Shown here: positions 49,028 through 61,449 of the stretch, one piece after another
Layout: every line of letters begins with the position of its first letter
How positions within the stretch are numbered: position 1 is the first letter of the stretch
NCBI RefSeq assembly: GCF_963921235.1
Contig: NC_086108.1
Coordinates: 84,260,001 to 84,324,000 of the forward strand
From: Mobula hypostoma
Taxonomy: Eukaryota
Length of the DNA: 64,000 nt
Direction: 5' to 3'
Notes under the pieces: generated by a model
What the model saw: only the letters and a program-made list of their open reading frames with translations
Database searches by the model: none
Told to the model about the DNA's origin: nothing
Program-made: the position numbers and the translations under genes

Positions 49028-51466
49028 ATGCTGATTCTAAATCCTATTTTGATTCTGATTTTTGGACTCCGATATCAAGTTAACTATGAGGATAACATAC
49101 ACAACTTGTATAATATTTCTACCAGCAGTAGTTAATTCATCAAGCTAAATTTAAACAGGTCTTCTCTCATTTATACATCGGAACCTCCAAGTTCCATCTC
49201 CTAATCTGATCCATATTATCCTGAATAGTGGAACTTAACCATCTTTTTATATAACATCACCATTGTTCTAACACCATGAAACATTTTCTATACTTCTTTA
49301 GAGTCTCATAGAGTGCGACAGCTTATGTTTATTGTTCCAACAGTTCATCACTCTACATACAATACATTTCAAAAAGATAAAAGTATAGAAATGACTACAC
49401 TAGGTTATGCAGACACTGGAAGTCTTGAGGAACACACACAAAATGCTAGAGGTACTCAGCAAGTCAAGCAGCATCTATGAAGAGGAATAAAAAATACATT
49501 TTGAGCCATGATCCTAAGTGAATGCAAAGGGCCACAGCAACATGTTGTGAAAGAAATAAAGCAACAAGTGTACCTGCAAAGAAAATGCTGACATTTCTCA
49601 ATACTATAACTATTTGAGTCTGATACTAATAGAACATCTGTATTTGGACAGCATGTTGGTTAAACAAATCTTCAGTGCAGATGCTCAACAATATTCACAC
49701 TCAGAAATAAAAGTAATAATGTTTATATAAATGAAGAAGAGAAATTTCAGGAGAAAGTTATGATATGAGAAGTTGGTAGCAGAGGTGTCATCACTGTTAT
49801 TCCCCTGTGCTTGATACAGTACAAGTCGCAGCTTCCACATAAAGACACAGATTTTCCACCGATTTTAAGCCAATTGCCTGTTCTAGAAAGTTGCTGTTAT
49901 CTAGATTGGATCTCAGGTGTATTGTTCCTCAGATAAGCCAGCTCCGAGCTGATTTAGTAAGGCTTTGTGCAGCACAAGGCCTTTTCAATCTGAACTGGTA
50001 AGCACTGCCACCAGAATTGCATTGAGAACCAGTTAAAACCTGCCCTCAGGGCTGTAGACCTATTTCACCGTGTCAATGCTTGATCGGACAACGTCTGACC
50101 AGCTTTCAAAGCTATCAAAGAGCTGGACTCTCAGGGGCATTCATAAACATTCCAAACAAAAAAAAACTTCAGAGACAAAGCACTTAAAAACAAGGAAGCA
50201 TTTCAAAGCAAATATATTTGAAATAAATAAAAAGGAAGTGACTGTTCCTACATCTTATGCCCGAAAACATTCTTTCCAGTTGTATTCAATGAAGCACTAG
50301 ACATGTGTCAGGGGTCAATGGACAGATTTTCCAGTCTGTGCTGGGACAGCTGTGGAAGCTTTACTCCCTGAATGACTTCAGCAGGAGTCTAAAAGCCAAA
50401 CGCATTTGTCCCAGAAGCAGCTAACAGCTGTGTAGAAGTTCAGCTCCTCTACCTATTCTCAGGAGTCCCAAACTTCTACAGAGTTAAATAGGTAAAGGCC
50501 AGCGGCTCTGAATGGATCTGCCAGCTTTTAGTTGGGAGACCTTACCCAATGGGATTTATCTTAATGCAAAGCCTCCTTGCCAAAAAAATGTTATCATTTC
50601 CAGAGCAGTGTCTTTCATCCAAAATCAAGTACAAATGAGAAAAATGACTCTTCCTTTTAGAGGAAGTTTTAGAATAAAATAATTTACAAAATTCTCAAAG
50701 CTACAGGTTGGTGACACAAAACTCAGCTTTTCTCTGTGTTCCTTCATGACTTAAGTCTTTCCACTGACAAGAATACCAAGCTCAACAAGATTCAGAACAG
50801 TATATTGGCTGGGGGTTATCCTTGAGCATGAGCAAACCAAAAGGTGTGAAATCATCAGCCTCTTGTGTACACAAGTCCTCTGTACTTTTACACAGTCCCA
50901 TTGCACAGTATCAGTGCTTGACTTTTCAAATAGTCCAATAACCTTTAAATATCAGACTTGATCCTGTAGATTCATTCTCAGAGGCCATGTAAACTTCAAA
51001 TGCAATATGAAAATAATATGGCAGACTGTGCTATACCCACAGCTCTTCAATATGAACAGATCTTTATGCCTAGTTGTTGCAGTAGAGTAAGTCACAAGCA
51101 TTGATTAGACCAAATATGGCCAAGACCTATGGCCCAACCCTGCCTGGAACATTCTGAAGGCCTTGAGGTAGCCTACTATCAAAGGCCTTTAAACTATCTT
51201 TTAAATATATCTGATTATCAAAGACCTTTAAAACACCACAGTAAGCTATTTTGCAGAGTTAGAGTTAGGAGCAGAATTAGGCCATTTTGCCCATCGAGTC
51301 TGCTCCGCCATTTGATTACGGATGATCCAATTTTCCTCTCTGCCCCAATAAGATCATAAGATATTAATTAGATTAAAAATATTAAAATCAAAAGCTTAAA
51401 TACCCAAAACTGAAGAAAATTATTGTAAGACAAAAAATAAAGGAAAGTAACTAAGCTCTTGACATA

Positions 51467-52180
51467 CAGTCTGCCCTCCTTATCCGCGAGTTCCACATGT
51501 GCGAATTCAACCAACCGCGAATCGAGAAAACCCAGAAGTGCTCTTCCAGCACTTGTTGCTTGAGCATGTACAGACTTTTTTTCTTGTCATTATTCCCGAA
51601 ACAATGCAGTATAACAACTATTTTACATAGCATTTACATTGTATTAGGTATTATAAGTAATCTAGAGATGATTTAAAGTATACGGGAGGATGTGCGTAGG
51701 TTATCGTGGATCGGGATCGAAAAAAAATGGAAGTTCTCTTACTAAGTAAGTCAGAACAGGTACATCCGGTATTATTTAGCGTCAGTCAAACGTTTGTCTT
51801 AGTATATGGAATATATATTTTACCGTTCTATGCATATAAAATACTTAAGAAACGTATGTTTCAGCGCCAGGCTCAGGAACGGAAATTCCCAAGGTCGATC
51901 CAGTGACAGACCGCTCCCAAGTGTGCTCTCCATCCGTGCCGGGATGATATGGAGGATCAAAAACTCAAAAACCCAAAATCCAATAATTAAACCACTGCGT
52001 TGCTTAGTAATAATTGTAGCTTTAATCGGGCAGGGCCTTTCTCATTTTATCCTTTAAAATTGTTCCGATCGTTGGCCGACTGTAGCCTAACGCTTTTCCA
52101 ATGACGTTTCACCTCTTTCTGATCGCTTTATTATTTCCACTTTATTTTCAATCGTGATCGTGATTATTTTCGTGAACAGT
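51467..52180 (-). mobile_element. Tigger/pogo element remnant with MER2-like terminal region and transposase N-terminal remnant
   Basis: TA|CAGTCTGCCCTCCTTATCCGCG terminus. Minus-strand remnant ITIENKVEIIKRSERGET..IGKALGYSRPTIGTILKDK (CENP-B-type HTH) at ~52045-52165. The other end is missing. Confidence 0.85.
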
Positions 52181-53194
52181 AATTTACAAGTAATTTTTGT
52201 TTACATAGAGGATGCTTAGGTGCTTTAAGTTAATTTCATCCAAAGGGTAGCATACTCAATACACAAAATTTAAAACAGCAGAGTATTTCATGGCATTGTT
52301 CTTTGTTGATACATGTTTTGATCTTATAATGTTTTTGCATGCCAAGTTGCTGGAAGTTCTGGTCGTTAGTAGCACAGCAGGGTACCGATCAATCAACAAA
52401 GTACCTCCAAAATCAGACTGAAAGGTTGGAAATAAAAACAAGAGAAGGTGTCACGAACTTAGAGTGGACAAGTACAGTATGTTTTTCCTTCAGTATCTTG
52501 TAAACCTGTCAAGGTGATACAGCACTACATTAATATCATAGAGCTCACATCATAGAAATTCTCTAATGAAGTCTTCCTGGGAAAACCTACCTCAAGTTTT
52601 CCCCAATATCTCAATTCTGATATATTCATTTCCATCACTAGAATGGTACCCTCTGATGAAAATAAATATTTTCTCTCTCTTAAGTACTTCCTATCAGTTG
52701 TTTGCTATCTTTGCGTAATTTTTTGGCATTTCTTTTTGAAATAATTTTCATTTTTTTCTCAACTTGCTCCACCTCAGAGAAATACAGATTTTTAAAAGGT
52801 CTTCAATCTGTGACTGATATTGTAAGTAATGAAAATGCCGTAGAGTACTCATAGAAATGTGAAGGACCATTTTACTCATTTTTATAAAATGCCTTTTTAT
52901 ATATATTTTTCATTTTGCTTGCTTCTTTTACTCAAAATAGAATTAATACTGTATGCAGTATGTTAATACTTGGAGCAAGAAAGACATTACACAAGGAAAA
53001 GGGTAATTTTCAATACTTTGCATGGTCTCCAACTATTTCCTTTTAAGTTATTCTAAACAAAATCTAAACAAAATCAAAATGTAATTAGAAATAGGAAAAG
53101 TTTTAAGATAGATTTAAGGGGAAGATTTATCATTGCTTTTGAAAATTACTTTCAGGATGAAATTCTCATTCCAATCAATATCTTATTAAAGTAA

Positions 53195-53480
53195 AAATAC
53201 TGAGGAAATGCTGCTCTGTTACAGGGAGCATCTTTCAGATTAAGCTCCAGCATTGAAAGATCCCATGGTACTACTGTCAAGGAAAGGAGTTATCTCCAGT
53301 ACCTTAGCAAATATTTATCTCTCAATCATAATTAAAATGATTATTCTATCTTTTTATGAATCTTGGGCACAAGTTAGGTGCAAGATTTCCGACAATATCG
53401 AACAGTGACTTCACTGGACCAGTGAGGTACTTCCACAAGTGTTTTGGAACATCCTTAAAAGGATACTGCAAATTCTTTCT
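53195..53480 (+). mobile_element. Ancient Deu-domain SINE remnant (SacSINE1/AmnSINE-like)
   Basis: 'actgagg.a.tgctgc.ctgt', 'aaagatcccatgg.acta', 'aaatatttatctctcaa' and 'acagtgact' follow the Deu-domain consensus order as I recall it. Confidence 0.6.
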
Positions 53481-55027
53481 AAATATTTTAGAGACTCAGC
53501 ACTGGCATAGACACTGGGACAGCGTTATTTTTCTTTAAACCACTAGAATCCCTCATCAGATCACATTCAGTAAAATTCATACCAATCTCCCATCTCGCAC
53601 CAACTTCCACCCACTACCAAACTTGGAAAATTTTGCAATGCAACAATACTGTTTATTTCCAAGATCACAATTTTGAAATTGCCCCGGGACACTGACAAAA
53701 GCAGAAACTTCAGAGTAATATTCTGATATATTTGAGATGATTAATTAAACTAGGGGCACTTATTGTCTTTGTCAATTTTATTTTTTGTATGAAAACCATT
53801 AGACCACACACGGAGGAAAAACAAAAAAAAAGCTCAGTCAGACAAAGTTACCTCCAGGCACTTTTAACTCTAGGAATAGTCGTACTAAACATATTAGCCC
53901 AAAAGTGTTTATACAAGGAGCTGTCACCACCTGGATCCAAGCGCTCTTTCCTGTTCCACACAGAGCAATCCTTGTGATATTTCTGTCAATCTCTTTAAAG
54001 GGAGTCACTCGGAACACTGACACATGATGACAATGCTCACTCAACATGTGATTACAGAAAAGTACCGTCAATTGGGACAGAAGAAATACTCATTCTACAC
54101 AGAACACTGTACATCCCAAGGAAACAGAGGAGACATGCACACTAAAATGTGAGAGATAAAGTTTGTTTTGATAGTACCATCTGTAAAAGTAATACAATTT
54201 TTCTATTCATTAAAGTGTTAAGTGCTAAACTGCAGAACAAATAGTACCTACAATGTCAAAAAAAGTGAAAGGTAACATAAAATTACTCTCTCATGCTTTT
54301 ATTCCCAATCTATACTAATATGCACCATAATGGAGAAAAGAGCCATCCAAAACTGCATGATCTTTAGAAAACAAGAATCTAATTTTGTTTTTTTTTATCA
54401 ATTCATGAAAACCAAACCCATCAATCATCATCCTGAGGAAAATAGTAACTTATAATACTGAAAGATAAACTATTCTAACAAGCAATTTTTCTGTAAAATA
54501 TCTTATGAATGAAGTAGTTACACTAATCTAAAGCCACTTAGATCTCATTTTCCTAAAATAAAAGTTGTTTTCTAATACTTTAATTCAAATATAAAATGCA
54601 TTAAAATGATCAAATATTACACTACTTACTGTAACCCTTATACACCAATTCCATTGACAAATTGACTTTTGGGAAATACATCAATGGAGAAATAACAATG
54701 GTGGAAGATGAAGCTGGAGGCCTTTTGTAGGAATATTGCACTGATCAGTGTCAATGGTATCTGATATAAATAATGCATCACTCACAAACTGATGTGTATG
54801 TATATGATGGTCATGATATTAATAACTTCATGATTCTGGGATAGGTTTGATGGACCAGCTCGTCATTTTATGTACAAATGATCACGAGGAAGAACCTAGT
54901 CCCAATTGTCATTATATGCATGCACCATAGAATAACTCTGATTACTCTATTTTACAGGTAAAATAATAAGTAAATTCTAATCACCTCACTTCAGTTGTGC
55001 TCAATCTCACCTGATGAGTAATAAATT

Positions 55028-55436
55028 CTCTAACTTCCGCTAAGGCCCCACCTCCCCCTCGTACCCCATCTGTTACTTATTTTTATGCACACATTCTTTC
55101 TCTCACTCTCCTTTTTCTCCCTTTGTCCCTCGGAATATACCTCTTGCCCATCCTCTGGGTCCCCCCACCCCCTTGTCTTTCTTCCCAGACCTCCTGTCCC
55201 ATGATCCTCTCGTATCCCCTTTTGCCAATCACCTGTCCAGCTCTCGGCTCTATCCCTCCCCCTCCTGTCTTCTCCTATCATTTTGCATCTCCCCCTCCCC
55301 CTCCAACTTTCAAATCCCTTACTCACTCTTCCTTCAGTTAGTCCTGACGAAGGGTCTCGGCCTGAAACGTCGACTGTACCTCTTCCTAGAGATGCTGCCT
55401 GGCCTGCTACGTTCACCAGCAACTTTGATGTGTGTT
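55028..55436 (+). mobile_element. Young Penelope-like 3' fragment (pyrimidine-rich tail)
   Basis: Starts at the end of the GIY-YIG ORF (ttctctaacttccgctaa), then a C/T-rich tract, hammerhead motif and 'gatgctgcctggcctgct...ccagcaactttgatgtgtgtt'. Confidence 0.82.
55339..55376 (+). ncRNA. Minimal type I hammerhead ribozyme motif
   Basis: TAGTC-CTGACGA-agggtctcggcct-GAAA-CG-TC-GACTG: stem I AGTC/GACT plus U-G, intact CUGANGA/GAAA, stem II AGG/CCT, palindromic ACGT, cleavage predicted after C55371. Confidence 0.75.
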
Positions 55437-56939
55437 GGTTGAGTAATAAATTATAGCTATTTTCCCCACTGCCATTTCCAAACTTAATGATGCTGGTACT
55501 GAATACTGGAAGATAGAAATGAGGAACTTAGCAACAAATGACCAAAAAGGTATCATCACAAAATGGTCCACTGAAGGAGAATTAGGTTTTTAAAAACTGG
55601 ATGTAAAGAGTGTTAGCCTAGAAATTCCTTCCCAGAATGCAGAAAACAGAACCTCAGCAATGATGACATGGGTTCCATCCAGCACAAGTAAAACAGCCAC
55701 TAGATTCAGGTCTCTTGAGAGTCTAGCAAAAGATTCAATTGACTTCCACACAGAGTTTTAGTTATGATTAAAAAATATTGTTACAGCATAAAACTCACAA
55801 AATAGCATCAATGTTAGTGCAATATAATTTTCAGCTACAATGGCTTGAAAAACACCAATTTTCATTTACCCAACATTTCTACTTAAACCAAAGTACTTAC
55901 AAAACTTAGATTCAAAATGAATGTTGCATGGCTATAACGCTGCACTCTACAGCCTCATTACTTTTAATCCAAGTTGCTCACATTTAAGACTGAGCCTCCC
56001 TTACAACTTCAATCACTTTACCACATCCTGATTGTCTTCCAGTGGGTATCTACATACACGTGATACTTCATATGCCAGATGGTTTAAAGGTGGCCCGTAA
56101 TCATCAGTGACAAGGCAGAGAACTGAGTGAACCATGTGGCAAGAGATATAGGAGGCTATATGGCCCTTAACCAACAAGATTTTACAGGAACCCAGTTTCA
56201 TTGCTGAGCATGTCTACTGACTTTGCCAATTTGATTGCAAAAAGATATCTTAATAACATTAGGAAACTGGTTTCCTAATCAAGGCCATTATCTGTGATTA
56301 TCACATGGTGAGCACAAGTCAAATTCTGCTGCTTGCAATCTTGTTTAAAACTGCAACAGGGTTTTATTTTTGGAGATATCCAAAGGTATCTTACAAGAAA
56401 ATTTGGACCTTTCTTAAAAAAAAGTACTAATATTACAATACAATGGACCTTATTAACGATGATTTTACCTTGAAATCAGAGATAACAATAGCCCAAATTA
56501 TAAAAAAGATGGACAATAAGTTTCCCCATTTATCTTACAGGTCTCATAACTTTACTGAAACTATGTATAGGTCATGATACAAAAAAGTCAACACCTTCTA
56601 GAAATGGTGAATTTTAATATGCAGAGCATTTTTTTTATTACCTAGACATATGGCAGATATGTGATCCACAGTATTGAATTACGAAAGCAAACAAAGCCAC
56701 ACACAGCCACATAGTGCTCGTTATGCCATCCAATATCAAGAATTATTTCTTTTCTATTTTATTTGCACAAGTTTATCCTACATTTCAAAGTTGTCATAAC
56801 AGTGCACAGTATCTACAGCCCACAGTAAAGGGCTGTCAAAATCCACAGTATTGAATTACTCAACCAAAAAGTGAAATAGAATTAATTAGATTGTACTTAG
56901 GTACAAGGTATAACAAGGATATTATAAACCTGTCTGGGG

Positions 56940-56973
56940 TAATAAATAATAAATAATAATAAAATAATAAAAA
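56940..56973. repeat. Short A/T-rich (AAT/AAAT)n microsatellite
   Basis: aataaataataaataataataaaataataaaaa. Confidence 0.7.
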
Positions 56974-58147
56974 GAATTATTTGGGCCTTTCTTGCAGACC
57001 TCTTTTGCAACGACAACATCTCCAGGATGTGGATTCATACATTCAATTCTTTCTGCTGGGGTTCAGCCTCTACTATACTAGTATTAAAAATAAGACCAAA
57101 GCTAAAAGCTATAAAAGCACCAGGGAACTCCATTGAAGTAATTAAAGATAAGAAATATGGTCCAAAGATAGGGATGTAAAATCATAATAACTTTATGGTA
57201 TACCAAATGTTAAATAAAAGAAAGTGGACCAAAATAGGTGATATAGTTCTTCATATTTGAATTATGTTGTTCACAGACTAAAGTCAACTGCAACAATTCT
57301 GAAGTTATATGGATCTGCAGGAAATGGAAGGATATGAATCATGTGCAGGCTGAAGGAATTAGTTTAATTAAGCATCATTAGCTTAATTAGTTCAGCACAA
57401 CATCATGGGCCAAAGTGACTATTCTTCTGTTGCACTGCTCCTGTAAATCAGGTTGATGAAATGAGATGGGATGGGAGATTGTGGAATTGCAAAATTATCT
57501 CAATGGGTAGACTTCAATGAAAGTACCAGAAAGCATGGGGGGAAAATCCAATCTAAGAAAATGAATCTGCTTTGGATAACGTGTAAGAACACTGTTTATT
57601 GAAGGGGTAGCAAGGAGCTGTCGTACTGGAACCCCTAATCATTTCAGAAGAATGATTTAGAACCAATACTTTTTTGACACATTGTCTAAAAGGAAACTAA
57701 AAGGGACAGTGATTGTTATGCCATTAATTCTTGAAACCATGAAAGGATTAAAAAAAGTAGCATTCTTGCTGAACAATAGTCACAAAATGAAGTTTCTCAT
57801 GCTGAGTAAGTATGACACTTGAGACTATGGCTGGTTTAAAGTTTAAGAGGAGAGAGTTAAAGTAAACTAATCTGGGAAAGTTGTTCAACAGACCAAAGAC
57901 AATTGCTCTTTGAAGTTTTGAAGATACACAGAGAAGATAGGGGACACGTCATTGTGGTCAATTACTGGACTAGTGATATAGACACATGGATTAATAAACA
58001 GAGGGCAAATTTAAATCCTACTGTATTTAAATTCAGTTAATGAAGTAATTAATTGATGGCCATTAAATTGCAGTTGTAATAATTAAGTTCATTATCATTC
58101 AGAAAAGTAAATCTGCCATTCTGGTCTAATCAGTTTCTAAATCTACT

Positions 58148-58236
58148 GCAACACACATCAAAGTTGCTGGTGAACGCAGCAGGCCAGGCAGCATCTCTAG
58201 GAAGAGGTACAGTCGACGTTTCAGGCCGAGACCCTT
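58148..58236 (-). mobile_element. Very short Penelope-like tail, near-identical inverted match to 55350-55436
   Basis: 'caacacacatcaaagttgctggtgaacgcagcaggccaggcagcatctctaggaagaggtacagtcgacgtttcaggccgagaccctt'; truncated just short of the CUGANGA core. Confidence 0.85.
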
Positions 58237-59079
58237 GGCTCAGTTTACTCACAACTGCCCTCTGAAATCACCAAGCATGCCAGATTTCTCAAAACCAACA
58301 AAATCACAAGAAGAATAAAACCAGCCTGCCAACCAGCATCAACCTAAGCACTAAAACTAATAAAAATCTGCGAGTACCTTCACAAAAATAACTACAGCAA
58401 TACAAGACACTTACCTACCATCTCCTTCAGGGAAAATGAAGAGATGGACAAAAATGACTGACGCCATAAAATAAATTAAAATAAATCAAAATAAATCATT
58501 ACTACAAATTTAAGAATCATCTTTATGAAATTTTGCACAAAACTAATTCCTTCAATGGTGTTCAAAGTAGCATTTAATAACCCTTCCAAACCAATTCCTT
58601 CCTCCAGTGTCAATGAAGACAAAACTGTTAATATATCTAAATAACCTTAAAAACATGTAAGTCTATTTCACAACAAACATTCAGTCAAGTTTTTTTCAAG
58701 AGGTCCCAGAAGCCAAATAGATCTCCCAAAATCTAATTCACTCTCACATGAGAAATTATTTTTACAACTTCAACACCAACCCAAGTCTTGTAGACTTTAA
58801 AACAGTAAACCTGATTTTTGTTATACCAGCAAAAAAATGATTATTTAAGATAGTAACAATTTATTTTTCTCAACTAAGGAGATAAGCAAATTGACAAAAT
58901 ATAGCCAACTGCTTTACAGCTGAGCAAGTAGTTTTATTGGGATCACAGGATTTATGCACATAGACTATGACTCAAATACTTCTAAAGTTATCTTTTAAAA
59001 TGGTAGTATTTTATGTGGATGTGTTAATCTTTATAAAAGGCTTTAAAATACTAATCCCATAATTATAAAAATAGCGGAC

Positions 59080-60980
59080 AAGCTCTCCTCTACAATCGCT
59101 CTGAGCACCAGTGCCCCACAAGGCTGTGTACTCAGCCCCCTGCTGTACTCACTGTACACCCAAGATTGTGTAGCCAAGTTTCCATCAAACTCAATATACA
59201 AGTTTGCTGATGACACAACAATTGTAGGCCGTATCTCGGGTAATGATGAGTTTGAGTACAGAGAGGTGTTACGAGAATACACATAAAATTAAGATGTTTG
59301 CTGGCCTGGGCTAGCATCAGTGGCATCAGCAGTTGATCTGCCACCTACCCTCAGGGGAAGGAGAGATAAGGAACAATGGAGCAGCGTCTGGAGATGTGTA
59401 ATGGAGGGACGTGGGAGAGGGAGCTGTCTGGAGCGGCTCCCCCTTTGAACCCTGAACTGTTTGAAGTGATGGACAGGCGATACCCCAGCAGGGGGATAAA
59501 AAGGGGACAGGTTCGCTAAGACAGGACACACGCCACCCGAGGTAACGAGACCCTGGAAGCGGTGCGCCTCTCACGAGTGGGTGAGAAGCATCAGACAACG
59601 ACAAGGGTGGAAAGGTACGATCAGCGGGAACCCGGTGTGTGTCCGCCCTTGCCTGGGTGCCGGGTTCACTGCAGAGGATCGACCGCATCTGGAGGAGGGG
59701 TCACAGTCGGTGACCTCAGGTGACATCACCAAGGACCCGCCCAAAAGCTGTTTGTGAGCCATTTCGCTGGTCTGTGAGTGAAGCTGTTCTGAATGATCAG
59801 TTGTTCCTATTTTATGTCTCTCTTCCCCCACCTTGTCCATCGCCATGGCAACGATTACTGCGAACTGAACTACTAACTGGACTGAACTTTGAGTCATTTT
59901 GAAATTGGTCATTTACCCCTAGACAACGATAGAGCTTGATTGATGCTGTTATCTTAATTCTGTGCACATGTGCGTTTATCATCGCTGAACTGTTGCATTT
60001 ATTATCCTTTCGATTAATGTGTTGCTTGTTTCTTTAATAAAACTTTCTTAGTTCTAGTACTCCAGACTCCAACTGAGTGATCCATTTCTGCTGGTTTGGC
60101 AACCCAGTTACGGGGTACGTAACATAGGAAATTAAGAACTTGGTGGCATGGTGTGAAGACAATAACCTATCCCTCAACGTCAGCAAGACTAAGGAATTGG
60201 TTGTTGACTTCAGAAGGACCCAATTTACATCGGTGGTGCGCAAGTGGAACAGGTCAAAAGCTTTAAGTTCCCCAGGGTCAATATCACAAATCACCTGACT
60301 TGGTCCAACCAAGCAGAGTCCACTGCCAAGAAGGCCCACCAGCGCCTTTACTTCCTGAGAAAACTAAAGAAATTTGGCCTGGTCCCTAAAACCCTCACTA
60401 AGTTTTATAGATGCACCGTAGAAAGCATTCTTTTAGGGCGCATCACAACCTGGTATGGAAGTTGTCCCGTCCAGGACCGAAAGAAGCTGCAGAAGATCGT
60501 GAACACAGCGCAGCACATCACACAAACCAATCTTCCGTCCGTGAACTCACTTTACACCGCACACTGTCAGAGCAGTGCTGCCAGGATAATCAAGGACACA
60601 ACCCACCCAGCTAACACACTTTTCGTCCTTCTTCCCTCCGGAGAAGGTTCAGGAGCTTGAAGACTCGTACAGCCAGATTTGGGAACAGCTTCTTCCAACT
60701 GTGATCTGCTGAACGGATCCTGACCCGGATCTGGGCCGTACCCTCCAAATATCTGGACCTGCCTCTCGGTTTTTCTACACTACTTTGCTTCCCATTTTTC
60801 TATTTTCTAATTATGATTTATAATTCAATTTTTTAATATTTACTAATTTTAACTATTTTTAATATTTTTAATATTTAATATTTGTAATCCAGGAAGTGTG
60901 AAGCGCAGAATCAAATATCGCTGTGATGATTGTACATTCTAGTACAAACTGTTTGGTGACACTAAAGTATAAAGTAAAGT
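59080..60980 (+). mobile_element. Rex/Babar LINE 3' portion interrupted by a solo LTR
   Basis: APQGCVLSPLLYSLYT..KFADDTTIVG..EYRE|EIKNLVAWCEDNNLSLNVSKTKELVVDFRR reads through once the insert is removed; ORF 60244-60660 KKAHQRLYFLRKLKKF; tail (TAAAG)n. Confidence 0.9.
59267..60124 (+). mobile_element. Solo LTR (858 bp), probably Gypsy-type
   Basis: TGTTACG...CGTAACA inverted termini; 4-bp TSD gagg/tagg (one mismatch); TATA-like GATAAAA at ~59494; AATAAA at ~60036; splits a LINE reading frame cleanly. Confidence 0.88.
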
Positions 60981-61314
60981 AATTTAGTTTCTCTTGTTTG
61001 CCATTTGTAAGAATCCTTTACATGTGATTGTGATAAACTATCCTGACAACAGTACTTTTGTTACACACTAGTGTCACTTTGATGCTGGTAGACAGCTACC
61101 CAACGTTAGGACAGAGGGGAAAAATAACCTTGGATCCAATCCCTGCAGGCAAAATTTGCCACTTTAACAGCTGCTGTGAAATCTGGACCTTGTCTCTCCT
61201 ATCCTATGGTTAGTTGAACAAATTAAAAGTTATTTTATAGGCTGAATTAAATTTTGTCTTTTCATTATTCTTAAGACCATATCTCTACCTTCTCTAAAAA
61301 TATTACAATTCAAA

Positions 61315-61449
61315 TTACAACACATTACAATAGTGGTGTGCAGAAAAGCATCTCTGAACATACAACACTTTGAACCTCGAAGTGACCATAGCAGCAGAAG
61401 ACCACACCAGGTTCCACTCCTGTACCTAAAAAAGTGGTCACTGAGTATA
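61315..61449 (+). mobile_element. Tc1-derived short fragment including one terminus
   Basis: 'aaaagcatctctgaac..acaacac','agcagcagaagaccacac..gttccactcctgt' and terminal 'aaagtggtcactgagta|ta' resemble Tc1 non-autonomous elements. Confidence 0.6.

Noticed and set aside
52591..52652. Minus-strand 62-nt exon-like segment considered as the upstream short ST3GAL3 stem exon
   Set aside because: Length is not a multiple of 3, so it is phase-incompatible, and the peptide does not resemble NSVVLSFDSAGQTLGS.
56013..56201. 62-aa ORF considered as the ST3GAL3 transmembrane exon
   Set aside because: No hydrophobic signal-anchor and no LYYSAWK-like motif.
58410..58432. Minus-strand micro-exon-like aag|GAGATGGTAG|gtaagt
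   Set aside because: Lies in a decayed repeat tail, 10 nt would break the frame, no homology support.
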